Source: Eledone cirrhosa (lineage: Eukaryota). From it: a stretch of DNA of 64,000 nt. Location of the stretch: NCBI GenBank assembly GCA_964016885.1, contig OZ024740.1, forward strand, positions 323,640,001 to 323,704,000, given 5' to 3'. Shown here one piece after another: positions 27,185 to 40,164 of the stretch. The notes beneath the pieces are model-generated. The model did not search any database, was not told where the DNA came from, and saw nothing but the letters and a program-made list of their open reading frames with translations. Position 1 is the stretch's first letter. Every line of letters starts with the position of its first letter. A program made the translations under genes and the position numbers.

Positions 27185-27298
27185 AAGAAGAAGAAGAAGA
27201 AGAAGGAGACGAAGAAGAAGGAGACGAAGAAGAAGGAGGAGAAGAAGAAGACGAAGAAGACGAAGAAGACGAAGAAGAAGACGAAGAAGAAGAAGAAG
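27185..27298. repeat. (GAA)n microsatellite abutting the 5' end of LINE copy A
   Basis: Directly visible. Confidence 0.95.
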
Positions 27299-27690
27299 CT
27301 AAGGAAAAGTTAAATTCCAAAATGATAAAGCTATTAACTAGAAATATAATAAGGCCAGTTAATCATTAAAGACGTTATTGTCGGCAGCCATGTCAATAGA
27401 TTAAGAATTGATGTTCGGAGATAAAAAACAACACAATCTAGAATTCAAATAACCGTGTCTTTCTTTTTGCACTTTTAAACAAGGTTCATATCAGTGCAGT
27501 GACAGCACTGCTTGACTTCAGAATATATTTGTCAAATAGCACAACCACAGTCATGGTAATGTGTCATATCTCGTCTTTACACACACACGCGCGCACACAA
27601 ACACATTATATGTATAGATATAAACTTATATGTACTTATATATAACAGCGTGTTGTAGTTTGAATGAAGCATTGTTGAATAGGAAATGTA

Positions 27691-28026
27691 AATAAGTTTA
27701 AAAGCCATACAATGCATTGAGAATTAAAAATTAAAGGTGTCAAGATTGCGATAGAATTTTTCCTTTCCTTAGCAAATTTAATTATCAGAAATATTTTCAG
27801 CCCATTATCAAGAGAGGTTCTGTGTGAATGTCTTAACCTGCCAGTCAAACAACAACTCATCTCCGACTGGTCCTTTAAGACCTTTATATGGATCCTGTCT
27901 TGATAATGGATTTTTAGACCCGAAAATATTTAGGATAATTAAATTTGCGAAGGAAAAATTCTATCGCTATCTTGGCACCGTTAATTTTTAATTCTCAATG
28001 CATTGTATGGCTTTTAAACTTATTTA
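27691..28026. mobile_element. Fold-back/MITE with about 120-bp inverted arms
   Basis: AAATAAGTTTAAAAGCCATACAATGCATTGAGAATTAAAAATTAA...CATTATCAAGA versus TCTTGATAATG...TTAATTTTTAATTCTCAATGCATTGTATGGCTTTTAAACTTATTT. Confidence 0.8.
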
Positions 28027-28065
28027 AACTTATTTACCCCCTTTTTAATGTCTTTCCACCACTCC

Positions 28066-28690
28066 CCTTGTCTGCTGGGAATCATAGATATTTTTCCTCG
28101 CGTAAGAGACAAGATATCTCAACCTAGTGCGATCAATAACTAAAATAAGTTATTGGAATAAAAAGGGGAAGAGAGAGAAAGAAATACGTAAACAGACATG
28201 AAAGGTAAAGCAACGTAAAGAGAGGAAAAATATCAAGTCAACAAACCTTTTTCGGACATAAGTCCTGGCAAGTGTGACAAGAGAGAACAGACACGTCTTC
28301 ACTGTAGCAGTGTGAGGGAGAAAAGAGACTGCTTGCAGTGGCGGATGAGGGAGCAAGTGAGCTAGTGGAGAGAGGGTGACTAGCAGAGAGGGAGTGAGTG
28401 AAAGTAAGAGGAAGCGAGAAAGAGATAGTTATACTGGCAGGCTGGCAGAGAGAAGGTGACTAGCAGAGGGGGTGAACGAAAGTAAGAGGGAGAAAGGGAG
28501 AGAAGTGGGAGAGTTGATAACAACAAAGGAAGAGAAAAGACGGGTCACAGCGGATATGGAAAAATATATGAATAAAATGGCGGGCTGTGTGGTTGCATTT
28601 AAGTATAATGAAAATAAAAAGTTACGGGCGAAAGAGGGTAATATCCATCATCAGTTGTCTGCTAGGAATCACAGATATTTCTTCGCGTAA
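28066..28690 (-). mobile_element. Repeat related to 13635-14535 in reverse orientation, bounded by a 37-bp direct repeat
   Basis: AAAATGGCGGGCTGTGTGGTTGCA is the approximate reverse complement of TGCAACAACGCAGCACGCCATTTT; TTGTCTGCT(G/A)GGAATCA(T/C)AGATATTT..TCGCGTAA at both ends. Confidence 0.45.
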
Positions 28691-28704
28691 TTATATATAT
28701 ATAT

Positions 28705-29087
<383 letters not shown>

Positions 29088-29279
29088 GAAAAATAAAAGT
29101 AAAGATGGGCGCCTAGGGCTTCCTTTTAGGAATATATCATAAGAGTTTAAACAAAGGCAGGAAATTTAGAAATTATTTAGAAAAAGAGGTTAAAATAATT
29201 TTCTCTAACTGATTCAAAGTATCCAATTTCCCTGATATACAATATAGTCAGGAAATTAAAGTATACTTCTAGACCTGTT

Positions 29280-29690
29280 AGTCAAAATATACTTCTTCTC
29301 GTGGAGACAACCAACAAAGCAATCAAGCCGCGTGCTGAGGCAGTGTTTATCAGAAGCTAGTTGTGAGAGTATATCCCATTTTCAGAATTACAAAATCGAC
29401 AAAATTTCGACCCATTCACGTAGGCGGTAGATCTTTCTAATATCTTCTATTTGATGGGAAAGGGTGTGCTGTTGTTCTTAAGGCTCCATACGTGATTTGC
29501 GAGCTGGGTGCCATGTTTTTTATCGGGATATCTGAAAGTTGTTTCGTGATTCAGGTACTAGTTTTTAAACCGGCTCTCGGACATACCGACATAGGTCACG
29601 GCTTCGGTTTGGTAGTTCTGGTTGGTGGAGGTAACCTCTACTTGGTATATCACCGCTGGAGTGTTGCACTGTTGGTCTAGTGGACATATT
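29280..29690 (-). pseudogene. Penelope-like element GIY-YIG endonuclease remnant
   Basis: EICPLDQQCNTPAVIYQVEV..TYVGMSESRFKN*YLNHETTF..HGTQLANHVWSLK..KILERSTAYVNGSKFCRFC..CLSTRLDCFVGCLHEKKYIL. Confidence 0.85.
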
Positions 29691-30083
29691 TCAGATCTTC
29701 TACATGAGCATCTGTATGGTGGAGTGATTTTGCGTTTGCCGGTGATGTAGGATTTAACATTGTTGGTGCAAGAGTATCCTATTTTTACTGTATGGCAATT
29801 AAATATCTTTCCCTATTTATGGCTAACAAGGTAAAGGAGATGCCATCTTTATGTCTAGTTTTTTCTTATTAGATGTAGGGCGGGGATCTGGAGAGTACCG
29901 GATACATTCAGAGAAGCCGCTGTTACTCACGGCTAAATTACAATAGGGTGCTACCCTATCAAAGGTGGCTTTGCTGCAGGAGAGGTTAGAAACCCTCTTA
30001 ATGTTGTTAATGAGGGTTTTTTAAACTATAGGAGGGTGACTAGAGTCATTATGAATATACTGCAGTTTCTCAATGGGTTGTGG

Positions 30084-30111
<28 letters not shown>

Positions 30112-30114
<3 letters not shown>

Positions 30115-30307
30115 ACGAAGGAGGTGTGGTAAGGAACCAGATGGACCATAACGCATCAGAGTACTCAATACTTAGGGTAGTAGAGTGGGTAATAGGAACA
30201 TGTTTGACCTCGACGGCAGAGTTCAAGCCGTTTCGACGGCTATTTCTGGACTGAAATAGCCGTCGAAACGGCTTGAGCTCTGCCGTCGGGGTCAAACATG
30301 TTCCTAT
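30112..30307 (-). mobile_element. Second palindromic element of the 28705 family, opposite orientation
   Basis: Tail ATGGACCATAACGCA..AGTACTCAATACTTAGGGTAGTAGAGT plus hairpin 30192-30307. Confidence 0.75.
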
Positions 30308-30362
30308 ATATATATATATATATATTAAAATAACAGATTAAAGATAACCAAACATATATATA

Positions 30363-30424
<62 letters not shown>

Positions 30425-30547
30425 CAGAATTTTACCAGTTTTAAACTAGTAAGACCATTATTCAGCAGAGCACTCGATATTCTATAATTTGGAGTTTGCC
30501 AGACGGCAAAAGCTCAGCCGTCGGGCCCCGACCCTTTGTAATTAATA

Positions 30548-30944
30548 TACGAGGGTAATCCCAAAAGTAAGGTCTCCAAAGCGATGGGGACACAGAGAAA
30601 CTGTTCGTACGGCTGTTTGCAACACTGTTGTGATTGGTGCTTCCTTCACTCCCAAACAAACATGCGCGCGCTTCGCTGGGATGCTCAATCTTGGCTTGGC
30701 AGCCGTTGAGAATGGAGCTCCCGTTGAACGCTACCACCAAGTGCGAATTTCGCGCAGTTATTATATAGAGGGCAATCCCAAAAGTAAGGTCTCCTTCCGA
30801 GGAAAACATGCGTAAAGATCGGCGGATCACTCTAGATGCTCTCTGCATTTTGCTTCCTGAGGTTTCCCGAAGCACCATCCACAGGATTTGAACGGAAAAG
30901 TTGCAATTACGGAAGGAGACCTTACTTTTGGGATTGCCCTCGTA
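30548..30944 (+). mobile_element. Internally deleted mariner (Tc1/mariner) transposon with an extra internal TIR
   Basis: TA-CGAGGGTAATCCCAAAAGTAAGGTCTCC ... GGAGACCTTACTTTTGGGATTGCCCTCG-TA; transposase pieces MELPLNATTKCEFRAVI and RKDRRITLDAL..EVSRSTIHRI*TEKLQLRK. Confidence 0.85.
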
Positions 30945-31266
30945 TATGTATATATATATATATATATAAGACCTTAATTCTTACTGATGGTTGAGAGTAC
31001 ATAGTTTTGATAATATTTGGACCTCATGAAATGACCGTTTAAGTGAATTTAGACAATCTTGAGTTGATTATTTCTATATGTGTGTATATTTATTATATAT
31101 CATTATATATGTGTACATGATACTAGTTGCTTCTAAACTAGTTATATGAAAGAGAATGTTTGTATATCGTTTGAATTTGTATAATTTCCTTTACTAATTG
31201 TTCATTGAGCTTCCTTTAAGTAACTTAATCAATATGCATTATATATGTATAGATTTAACCTTATCA

Positions 31267-31303
<37 letters not shown>

Positions 31304-31333
31304 TGGAGAGAGATGGAGAGAGAGAGAAAGAGA

Positions 31334-31377
<44 letters not shown>

Positions 31378-32695
31378 CATTATTATGGTTAAATGATGGG
31401 TCTTGTTACTCTATCCACAATAAATAATATTTTAACTCTACTTCTGTATTGAGCAGCCTATGAAAGGTTCATAGGCTGACTTTGTAGAAATGAAATCTTG
31501 CATAGATTAATTAACAGCATTGGTTAATTTTACTAAATAACCAACGCTGGAACATTCATGTGGTCGATTGACATGTTAGAAATAGCACCAATATAAACCT
31601 CAAATCTCATATATTGTGGTAAAGAAGGCTGAATTGGATAATGAAAATACAAGTCGAATATGCCTGAAAAGAATTAAACTGCATGCAACTAAGTAGCATC
31701 TAAACAACCAATTTGTCTGGCAACCAGGCAGCCAAGCAACTAGTGAATAACAGCAACCAGGCAACCGCTGAAGAACAAGAAGAAATCACTCGTCAGTCAA
31801 CATACAATAAGTCAAGCAACAACACCAATAAAGACAAAGAGGTAGAATCTATGTGCTCATTCGACACGTGTTAGAAATATCAACTAAATCTTGCATTATC
31901 ACACCCTAACATCTTAATAACAGAACGAAACAGACATTGTAAAATGTAGCCATAGAAGAATAGGACGGGATGGTCAAGAGTAGAGAACACTAACGCCCAT
32001 ATAGAGTCTGACCAAGGGCTGAAAAGCAAAAAGAAAAAGACAGCAACAACAACAGCAACAACGACAACAACAACAACAACGAAAACAACAATAACTGAAC
32101 AAGAAACCAATAATTCATTTCTTCAGAAAACGAGAAAGAGATGGTGAGGGGAAGAGGAGGGGGGGGGGGGGGGCAGAGCGGGGAAGAGAAAGAGAAAGAG
32201 GAAGAGAAAGACTTATCACCTTATCTCCTGATATTCACGCAGCGGCAGGCTTTGTGTTTTTTTGTTCCTTCAGTAACACCAAACAGAAATAAACAATGAA
32301 ACAAAACATGAAAAGCAGAAAGAAATAAAGGGATGGGTAGGTGGAAAGAAACAAAATAGTAGGGGTTGGTGGGTGGGCAGAAAAATGAAAAGAAAACAAG
32401 ACAAAAGGAAAAGAAGAAGAAAAAAAACAAAAAAACACTAATCTTGTCGGTGGTGAATCCAGGGGTCGATGGTGGTTACCACCCTCACCAATTTATGACA
32501 GATGAATATAGAGATGATGCACTGAGCAAAACAACAGAGCAAACATCCCATCAAAAGTATCGGGTGTTTTGTTGTTAGTTAGACTTTGATGTTGCTTCAG
32601 AGATATATGTCTATCTGACAATAATTTGGTGCCAATACCATGAAGTGTGTGGCTCTGTGTGTGTGTGTGTTTGTGTGAGTGGCTGAGTGCGTATG

Positions 32696-32773
<78 letters not shown>

Positions 32774-32871
32774 GAGAGAGAGAGATACACAAACATATAT
32801 ATATGTGTGTATGTGCGTATATATACACACATATATGAGAGAGAGAGAGAGTGAGAGAGAGAGAGAGAGTG

Positions 32872-32913
<42 letters not shown>

Positions 32914-32922
32914 TATGTTAGG

Positions 32923-32974
<52 letters not shown>

Positions 32975-33306
32975 TGATTTTCATTCATAACCGATACTCA
33001 TCGGTGTATATGTCAGTTTCTGGTTGTCATTAACTTTCGAGTACTCTTCACACACACACACACACACGCGCGCACGCACACACACACACTATGAATGTAT
33101 ATATGTTTACATATGCATATATGTTTATAAGCATGAATTTACAGAGACGCATACGGGTATGCGTATATATATATATATATATATGCGTATAAATATTTTT
33201 AATATATAAAGGCATGTGTGTGTGTGTGTGTGTGTGTGTATATACATTCAAATGTAAATACTATTTAATACACACCTATTCATATATTTATGCATCAAAG
33301 GGTGTA

Positions 33307-33393
<87 letters not shown>

Positions 33394-33454
33394 CCACGCA
33401 ACAAGACATTTATGAGCATTTGGACACACAGATATATGTGTTGGTATATATATA

Positions 33455-33523
<69 letters not shown>

Positions 33524-33871
33524 GTCAGTATGTGTGTATGAATGTGCATAAACATGATTATTAATATTATTATCAGTATATTATTTTGTGAGAGTGATTT
33601 GTTTTTATGTACAGCTGCTCATATCTTTCTTTTTCTGTACAAAATAACACACAGTGGCACTGCTATATATATCTATATATGTATATATGAGTGTGTGAAC
33701 GTGTGCGCATGTATGTGTGCGTGCATATACATACATACATACATACATCACATACATACATACATACATCACATACATATACACGAATGTACAGTATATT
33801 CCAGTTGTACGATTTATTCCTCATGGTTGGTTGGTAGATATAATAGTAAAGGGCGAAGGAAATGGAGGAGA

Positions 33872-33980
33872 AAGAAGAAGAAGAAGAAGAAGAAGAAGAA
33901 GAAGAAGAAGAAGAAGAAGAAGAAGAAGAAGAAGAAGAAGAAGAAGAAGAAGAAGAAGAAGAAGAAGAAGAAGAAGAAGA
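33872..33980. repeat. (GAA)n microsatellite
   Basis: Directly visible. Confidence 0.95.
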
Positions 33981-34351
33981 TGGGGGGGGGGGGGGTTACA
34001 GTCTTCCATATTTTATATTGTATATTCAAAGCAATGCGGTTGATGTGAGGGAGATGATAACTGAGACATTTAGATAGCTGAAGAAATACATACACACATA
34101 CACACACACATACACACACAGAACACATATATATATATATATATATTCAAACATACACACACTCACACACACATATATATGGAGGATGAATAAAAATGGT
34201 AGATATATGAAGTTTTCCTATTAATGTCTATCTGGTTTGACACAGAATAAATTCTTGGGGGAAGATAAAAAGAGGGAACGAAAACACATTGCAGCTGTTT
34301 TCCCTATTTCTCCATTTGCATGAACAACATATATGTGAGTGTGTGTGTGTA

Positions 34352-34395
<44 letters not shown>

Positions 34396-34829
34396 TACAT
34401 CAACGGTGGAACACTATATAATTTTTTATAGAGCAGCTGATGAATGGTGTTGAGCGAAGAATTATGAAGCTGCATAGCTTACTAGTTACAGTGTTCGTCT
34501 CACGGTAGTTAGAGGTGGCCGTTTGAGAAGTTGAGGCTCAGATCTAACCACAGGTCCCACAAAGTTTGAGCGATGTGGGGTGAGCATAAAGTATTTCCCT
34601 GATTATAAAATACCATATCTCGGATACTATTTGAGATTTTACTTTTACATTGTTTTAATTTATAAATTTCATATTTAAAATTTTTTTAAACATGTTTTAC
34701 ATTTTCACTTTTATATTTACTCTTCTACAAAAAGCTCAGTGTGTTTTGAGGTTTCAAAGACTTTATACTCAGTCTGTATTACAACTAGATGGAATTTTCA
34801 GCCAGATTCCATACGAGCTTAATACGCTC

Positions 34830-34960
34830 CTGGTCCCGAGATCAATTGCAGAGATTGCGTTGTGGAGTTACTTAGGCAAGACACTTTATTTCTCGTTGCT
34901 TCAATCCATTCAATTAGGAAGAAAAATGAGCTGTACCTGTAAACGAAAGGGCCAAGCTTA
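34830..34960 (+). mobile_element. SINE fragment (family S2)
   Basis: GCGTTGTG..GCAAGACACTTTATTTCTCGTTGCT matches the reverse complement of 41281-41325. Confidence 0.5.
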
Positions 34961-35648
34961 TCGGGTTTACGTTATGTGTACCCCTCATCCTATTAATATA
35001 TAAGCTGAAATTATTTCATTTGGGAGAATGGCATGTTAAATTGCGAGTAAGAGGTGTATGTTGTACAGCTAGCGTAAGATGCTATATACCCTGGTACACA
35101 TTGTAGAGCTCACCTACGGCGCTAAATACTCAGGCGCCGATTCAAGTCATAATGAGTAGCAAATGTATGTTTCTTTTGTTTAAATACAACATATTTTTCT
35201 TATCAACACTAAGAGTGTTTTAGATAATTTTCAATTAGTTGTATTAACAAGTACATTAACTTAGCTGCACATATAGTTTAGAAATATAACAATTTTAAAA
35301 TATCGATTTATTTTTACAGATTTAAATCTGGACAAAGAAATAAGAATGTAGAGGATTAAAGATTTCTTCGTAATCCGATGTAATAAATAAATTTCAAATG
35401 CAGAATTATTAACAGGTATATATATTTGGAAATAAACAAGGATTTAGATAAAAATTAATGGAAAAACGTTAAGAGGTTTTGCAATTTAAAACGTTTGTTT
35501 ATCATATATTTGTTTTAAATTGCTTAAAAACATTGTTTCGTGTATTTGGTTAAATTATTTATAGTTGATAAATTTCTGTACAAATTTTCATAACTAATGT
35601 TCTTGTTACTTCAACCAATGTTATGATTTAGAATATATACATGAAGCT

Positions 35649-35843
35649 AATAATTGTTTCTATTCTACTTTGGGCACAAGGAAAGCAATTGCACAGAGTA
35701 TTACTGGTACTTTATTTTATCGACCTCGTAAGGATGAAAGGCAAAGTTAACCTTGGCGGGATTTGAACTCAGAATGGCAAGGGCCGTAACTCTATGCGTC
35801 AAAGCATGGTGTCCAACCCTCTACCGATACTGCCAATCCACCG
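35649..35843 (-). mobile_element. tRNA-derived SINE (family S1)
   Basis: Reverse-complement match to 176-366. Confidence 0.85.
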
Positions 35844-35844
35844 A

Positions 35845-36730
35845 TTGTTAATGTTGTTCTGTTTGTTGTTGGTGGTAGTGGAGGTGATGGTTGTGGTGTG
35901 AATGTTGTTGTTGGTAGTGTGTGTTGTTGTTATTGGTGATCATGCTGTTGTTGGTGTTGTAGGTTGCTGTGCTTTTGATGGTGGTGTGTTGCTGTTGTTT
36001 CTGGTGGTGGTAGTAGTGTTCGTCTTGGTCGTAAGAGTGATGTTGGTGGTGGTGGTGGTGGTGGTAGTGTGTTGATGGTGGTAGTGTGTTGATGGTGGTG
36101 GTGGTGGTAGTGTGTTGATGGTGGTGGTGGTGGTAGTGTGTTCATGCTGTTGGTGGTAGTAGTGTTCGTGTTGGTCTTAGTAAAAGTTATGCTGGTGGTG
36201 TGTATGTTGTTTTTGGTGGTGGGGGTGCTGTTGTAGGTCGTGGTGTTGTTGATGGTGGTGTGTAGTTGTTGTTGTTGGTGCTGTTGTTGTTGATGGTGAT
36301 GGTGATGGTGTTGGTGTGCTTGTTGTTGGTGGCGATGTTGTTTGCGTTGCTGTTGTTGGTGTTGTTTACGGTGCTGTTGTTTGTGTTGGTGGGGTGATGT
36401 TGTTTGTGTTGGTGGGGTGGTGTTGTTGTTGGTGGTGTTGGAGATGGTGTTTTTGATTGTGATAGTGTTGTGTGTATTGGTGGTGATGGTGGTGTTTTTG
36501 CTGTTGCTGCTGCTGCTACTGTTGATGGTTGTGCTATCTGTGGTAATGTTGTTGGTAGTGGTAGTTGTCTTTGCGGTGATAGTGGTGTTGTTGGGGATGA
36601 TGTTGGTGGTACACTTGTTACTATTGTTATTATTCATGTTGCTGTTGTTTTCGGCATTGTCTTTTCGTCAGTATTGTTGCTATTGCTGTTGTTGTTATCA
36701 TTGTTGTTGTTATCATTGTTGTTATCATTG
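35845..36730. repeat. Degenerate (TGT)/(GGT) trinucleotide tract
   Basis: Directly visible. Confidence 0.85.
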
Positions 36731-37859
36731 TTGCTCACTTCTTAATAACGATCTTGCCGATAAAAATGTTTTCGTTGCCAATAACAAGGCAACGAGAGGT
36801 AAACTTAGCTCTACAACAGATGAAATGATTTTGTTTTTCTCTCGAAAAGGTAAAAAGCAACAGAAGAAGGATTAAGAAAAAAAGGTAAAGAAGTTTAGGA
36901 TTACTATATAGAAGAAATAAAAAGGTTTTGATAGAAGGGTTTAAGATTACATAACAGAAGTGGGCGAGAATCAGGAAATAAAAGATTATTTTAGTAAAGC
37001 CACTGAATGAGTGAGTGGTGGGAATTAATACTAAATGGTAGCGTGGGGCTTAGAATAAGGATGAGGTTTAGTAAACAAGCAAGAATTAGGACGTAGGGAT
37101 TAGGGATTATCTATCTCACACTAGCATCTATGAAGCATGGGGGATTGTGTGTAAGAAATATCGTTGAAATATGACTAAGAATAAAACAGTGGGAGGGCAG
37201 TGAAGAGAGTCAGTAGAAGAAGAGTGCATCTGTCTTAAGAAAAAAAACCCATGTAGAGAAAAGTGTTAAGAATACGGAATTGGTGAGAATGAAAGACTAT
37301 GTGGAGAACTGATTAGATTGAAGGGAGAGTTGAAGGATATATAAGAATAATACATCGTTTGTTTGATAAGGAATGTGAGTGATTAGGAATAAAAGAATAA
37401 CAGGATATATGATATTTGAATATATAGAAATATATGTATGAACACATACATATAGATCTCTATATCGCATTTATACACACATGTTTAGATGCATGTACAC
37501 ACACGCATATGTATACAGGCAAAAAAATGTATAAATACTTTGATTACCCGTACAGGCAATATTTATTAGAATACACAGCCTTTGTGTATACATTTTTTAT
37601 GTTACCCTGTATATATGATAAGAAGAGTTGGAATTAATGCATGGAAGATTTCACAGCTCTAACATCACTCCTTCATAGTCAGCCTATGAATGTTTCCGCT
37701 CATCCTCGTATATGTAGATAGTGATAGCAGTTTTGAATGTTAAACAGTTAAAGTAAGATTTAAATGAAACACATACAGGACTGGTTGATTCCTTCTTAAC
37801 TAAGTACTTAAACCCTGGCGAAATTAGCTAATAGAATTCGTTTCAAGTGAAGTTTATGT

Positions 37860-37985
37860 TGTTGGTCTCGCTTGGGGGGGGGGGGGGTCCAGTCGGATCA
37901 ATTAGAGAGAGTTGCTTCTGCCATTGCGCGTTTGAGGACTCTGCTCACACGACCATAGCAGGAATAAATGGACGAAGAAGTAGGA
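37860..37985 (+). mobile_element. RTE-clade LINE 3' end fragment
   Basis: Similar to 62480-62612 (TGGTCTCGCTTG...ACGACC..GGAATAAATGGA.GAAGAAG). Confidence 0.55.
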
Positions 37986-38560
37986 AGAGGGTCAGAAGAC
38001 AAGATGTGTAAACCACACACACACGTGTCAGTATTCAGTGTTCACGTCTCAGTGTTTGTGAAATTTGTTTTGGTTGTTTAAGTTCGTGAAGAGAGCGAAT
38101 GTTGTTTACACTGTGTAACACGAGATAAACTGTAAAATTGAGATGTCTTGATGTTGTTGGTAAATAAGGTGCATAGCTCTTCTATAGAGGCTATAGTTAG
38201 CTGGTGGACAACAGCTGTTCAATAGTGACTATAGTTAGCTGATGGACAACAGCTTGACAATTGTGGCTATCGTGGTAAGTATTACTTAAATATAACGTGA
38301 CATACTTCATTGACCAGACGGTTTGTCCGAAGAGCAGTCTGTATGTCTGTTGAAAATTCAGAGAGAAAAGGTGTAGACAAAATTCCACAGAGAAAAGTTT
38401 TACATAAAATCCACACAAAAGAGGTGTAGGAGACAAAACTGCAATGAACAAACAGAATGGCGGGGAACAACTTCCTTTTATAAGCTCTGACAGAAGAGTA
38501 TATTTTGGGGGAGTCATTGGTAGAGTTACTTCCTCCTGAACAGATATATATATATATATA

Positions 38561-38753
38561 TATATATATAAGTTAATCCGGGTTGAATCGGAGGTAACCA
38601 CAGTAAGTAAGGTACTCAATACACAGCAGAGTATAAAAGTTTTAATATAGAAGATCTTCTACAGGACTAGAACTGTTTCATTCTTGAGAAATCATCAGGG
38701 CTTCCTGATTATTTCTCACGAATGAAACAGTTCTAGTCCTGTAGAAGCTCTTC

Positions 38754-38757
<4 letters not shown>
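38561..38757 (-). mobile_element. Palindromic element in (TA)n with a hammerhead core in each arm
   Basis: Arms 38647-38699 and 38704-38756; CTGATGA-TTTCTCAAGAAT-GAAAC-AGTTCTA-GTC on minus, CTGATTA variant on plus; tail shares GTATTGAGTAC with the 28705 family. Confidence 0.7.
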
Positions 38758-38799
<42 letters not shown>

Positions 38800-38955
38800 C
38801 GAACCAGGTTCAAATTTTGCAACAAGTAGTTCAACAATAAATGTTCCATCTTTTCTTCCTTTTTCTGTGTTTTTTTTTTCTTTTTAACGGTATGTATTAT
38901 TTTTATTGGATATTATTAAATATTTTGACGTAATTTTATATATATATATATATAA

Positions 38956-39010
38956 AATAAGTAAGTCAAACGTAAAATTTTGCTTCGTTTACAACCAACA
39001 TATACTCAAA

Positions 39011-39078
<68 letters not shown>

Positions 39079-39128
39079 GTAAGTCAAACGTAAAATTTTG
39101 CTTCGTTTACAACCAACATATACTCAAA

Positions 39129-39132
<4 letters not shown>
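38956..39132. repeat. Two identical 57-bp units separated by (TA)n
   Basis: AATAAGTAAGTCAAACGTAAAATTTTGCTTCGTTTACAACCAACATATACTCAAAATTT twice. Confidence 0.9.
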
Positions 39133-39179
<47 letters not shown>

Positions 39180-39702
39180 TAAAAATTAGCGAGAATCGAA
39201 TTTCAGCTCAGGAATTAACGAAAAACACTTCCGAGTTGTGTGGCAAGCACTCGATAATTCATATGAATTAGAGCTACAACTTACGTTAAAGGCCAAACAC
39301 ACTGAGATGGTGGTTAAACTAATCATCCGCACAGCGAAAAAACGATCAACTAATTCGGATCAAGCAGATATAAAAATATAAAAATATATAAAAATATATA
39401 TGGTTGAAAATTTACCCGGACCTCTGGAGAGATGGTAAAATCCAGTATTTGGGTTTCTGCGACTCCATAAGTCATTTACTGTCCGCTTACATAAAGGATG
39501 TTAGGCTTCTGGCAAGATGACCGAACTAGGAAGACGCGTTATCAATGGGATTTAGCTCGATAGTATATATAAGTTTGTCTGTTGCTGACCCCACGTGGAG
39601 TTCAGCAAGGGAGGCAACACTTATATGAGGCGAATGAATTCAGTTGTTTATAATATTGCGAAAATGCAAAATATCATAAATCGAATAAAGCTCTCGACAG
39701 AG

Positions 39703-39811
39703 TGTGGTTACACAACAGTTAGTTCACCATACTGAGAATAATTGTTTCACCTTAGCGGATCCTCAGCTTGGAACCGGTAAGGTGAAAGGTGAACTAACTG
39801 TTGTGTAACCA
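39703..39811. other. Nested hairpin (25-bp perfect outer stem) around a degenerate hammerhead core
   Basis: GTGGTTACACAACAGTTAGTTCACC / GGTGAACTAACTGTTGTGTAACCAC; minus strand CTGAGGA-TCCGCTAAGGT-GAAAC. Confidence 0.6.
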
Positions 39812-39878
39812 CTTCTACCTAACTCGTCCCATGTACTGAGTGCTCTACCACTACGGATATTACCTTCCAGTGTTCTAC

Positions 39879-39913
<35 letters not shown>

Positions 39914-40010
39914 TTGTCCCAAAAAAACGTATAGACACTTCAACAGTATTCTAATAAATATTGCCTATACAGGTAATCAAATTGTGTATACATTTTTAGG
40001 AGACACTCTC

Positions 40011-40043
<33 letters not shown>

Positions 40044-40091
40044 TTTGTATGTGTATACTTTGCAAAACAAATATATATATATACATATATA

Positions 40092-40164
<73 letters not shown>

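Noticed and set aside
33025-33052. Minus-strand GTGAAGA-GTACTC-GAAA motif
   Set aside because: Core C missing and no stems I or III; likely chance.
35930-36875. Thr/Asn/Gln/His-rich ORFs
   Set aside because: Degenerate (TGT/GGT)n tract.
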